Part shown: positions 62,900-64,000 of the stretch, in pieces | How the letters are laid out: each line of letters begins with the position of its first letter | How positions within the stretch are numbered: position 1 is the stretch's first letter | Assembly (NCBI RefSeq): GCF_009914755.1 | Contig: NC_060928.1 | DNA length: 64,000 nucleotides | DNA from: the human T2T-CHM13v2.0 reference genome, Homo sapiens | Strand: one strand, 5' to 3' | The notes under the pieces: model-generated | Database searches by the model: none | The model's input: the letters and a program-made list of their open reading frames with translations, nothing else | Told to the model about the DNA's origin: nothing | Program-made: the position numbers and the translations under genes

Positions 62900-63600
62900 A
62901 CAGGGTGTTGATTTTATTTGACCAATCAGTAAATTACTGGTAGATACTGTTCTTCCTCTGAGGATGCATTTCTTAATATGGATCTGTTTCGGTTCTGTTC
63001 CTTGTCCTGGAATGCAGCCCTTAATACAGAATATAGTCATTTTTGCCTTAAAGTGTGGCTTTTCTGACATTACAAGTGAGTGTCTTAGGTGCCCAGTAAG
63101 ATTTCTCCCATCTGCTGGGTGATAACGCCAATTCCAAAGTCTTCCAGAATAGAACAACCTCTGATACCTCCTCCATTCAGCATTCAGCTTGTAGCCATAA
63201 TTCTCCATTAGGCCTCTCACAGTATCACTCTGTACCTGTTCAGTTCATTTCTCAGCCAAAGACCCCATGAAGATTTATGACCAACATATCTCCTGTCCAA
63301 TATCGTATTGTACAAATTCCACCCATTTCTGCAAATTAAAACTGCAGTCTAAGCCTCCTCAGCTCTGCAATATTGAGCATAGCTCCATGTCTCATTCACT
63401 GAAAGGCGCCCCAGATAGGAAGCCAGTATGAAGAGAGAGTTTACCTCCTGAGTGTTCCTTTCCTCAAGGATCACAGTGTGTGCTACTTCTGGTTCAATGC
63501 TTTAAAATTATACCCATATAATTAATCTAGTTTAATAGTCATTTACTACAGGAAGGCCAGTCCAGTTAACAGTTATTCTGTCAGTGTTGAAGTCACTACC
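62900..63600 (-). mobile_element. Probable ancient L1 (L1ME-like) 5' fragment
   Basis: Weak resemblance only (ggaaggccagtccagtta.cagttattct..); family uncertain. Confidence 0.3.
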
Positions 63601-63649
63601 AGTATGATAATCAAATAAAATAGTTTAATTGACATTTGTAACCCTTTAC

Positions 63650-64000
63650 AATTTAACACCAGCTTGCTTTTCCTGACCTGTCTCCTCTATTCACATCAGT
63701 TGAGTATGTTTTTCACTTCTCAAACACTTTTGAAACTCAGTGCATTTAAGCATATCCTTCTTTTTTCTTGGGATGTGTTTTCCTCTCTTCCATCAATCTT
63801 CCTCAGTTTTTAAGACCCAGGAAAACTTACCGCTTCCCCTCTGAAGTTGTTCCCAGCCACTCCCACTAAGTCTAAAATCCTGTGCCACTTACCTATATTA
63901 TTATTTATATCATCCACAGAACTTTACAACTTTCATAGGTATTTCTGTGTAAATCTATCTTCCAAAATAATTTTGAGATATTTATAAAAACAAATATCAT
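63650..64000 (+). mobile_element. L2 3' fragment
   Basis: ttcctcagttttaagacccag..cttcccctctgaagttgttccc; tgtaaatctatcttcc. Confidence 0.45.

Overview
Primate (very probably human) genomic DNA, AT-rich and dense in repeats, with one CpG island at about 14.9-16.45 kb. The island is the promoter and 5' end of GALNTL6 (polypeptide N-acetylgalactosaminyltransferase-like 6, + strand), recognised from its N-terminal peptide. The window holds a probable non-coding first exon (donor at 15921/15922), a 307-bp exon (16686-16992) carrying the start codon and the first 46 codons (basic cytoplasmic tail plus type II signal anchor), and then about 47 kb of a very long intron with no further coding exon. The rest is decayed mobile DNA: a 4.3-kb L1PA, older L1M, L2 and MIR fragments, 8 Alus, MaLR and ERV1 solo LTRs, Tigger and MER6 DNA transposons, and microsatellites. 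Most ORFs in the supplied track are repeat-derived or spurious. I find no evidence of a novel multi-gene system. The best candidates for new biology are in the GALNTL6 leader: (i) a Kozak-perfect upstream ATG plus a donor that would splice in frame and add 81 aa to the N-terminus; (ii) two uORFs whose stop and start codons overlap at the splice junction; (iii) an in-frame alternative donor adding 12 aa; (iv) a minus-oriented TATA box heading a possible antisense unit. All of these are sequence-based inferences that need RNA or ribosome-profiling evidence. Repeat subfamily names come from recalled consensus sequences, not from a search.
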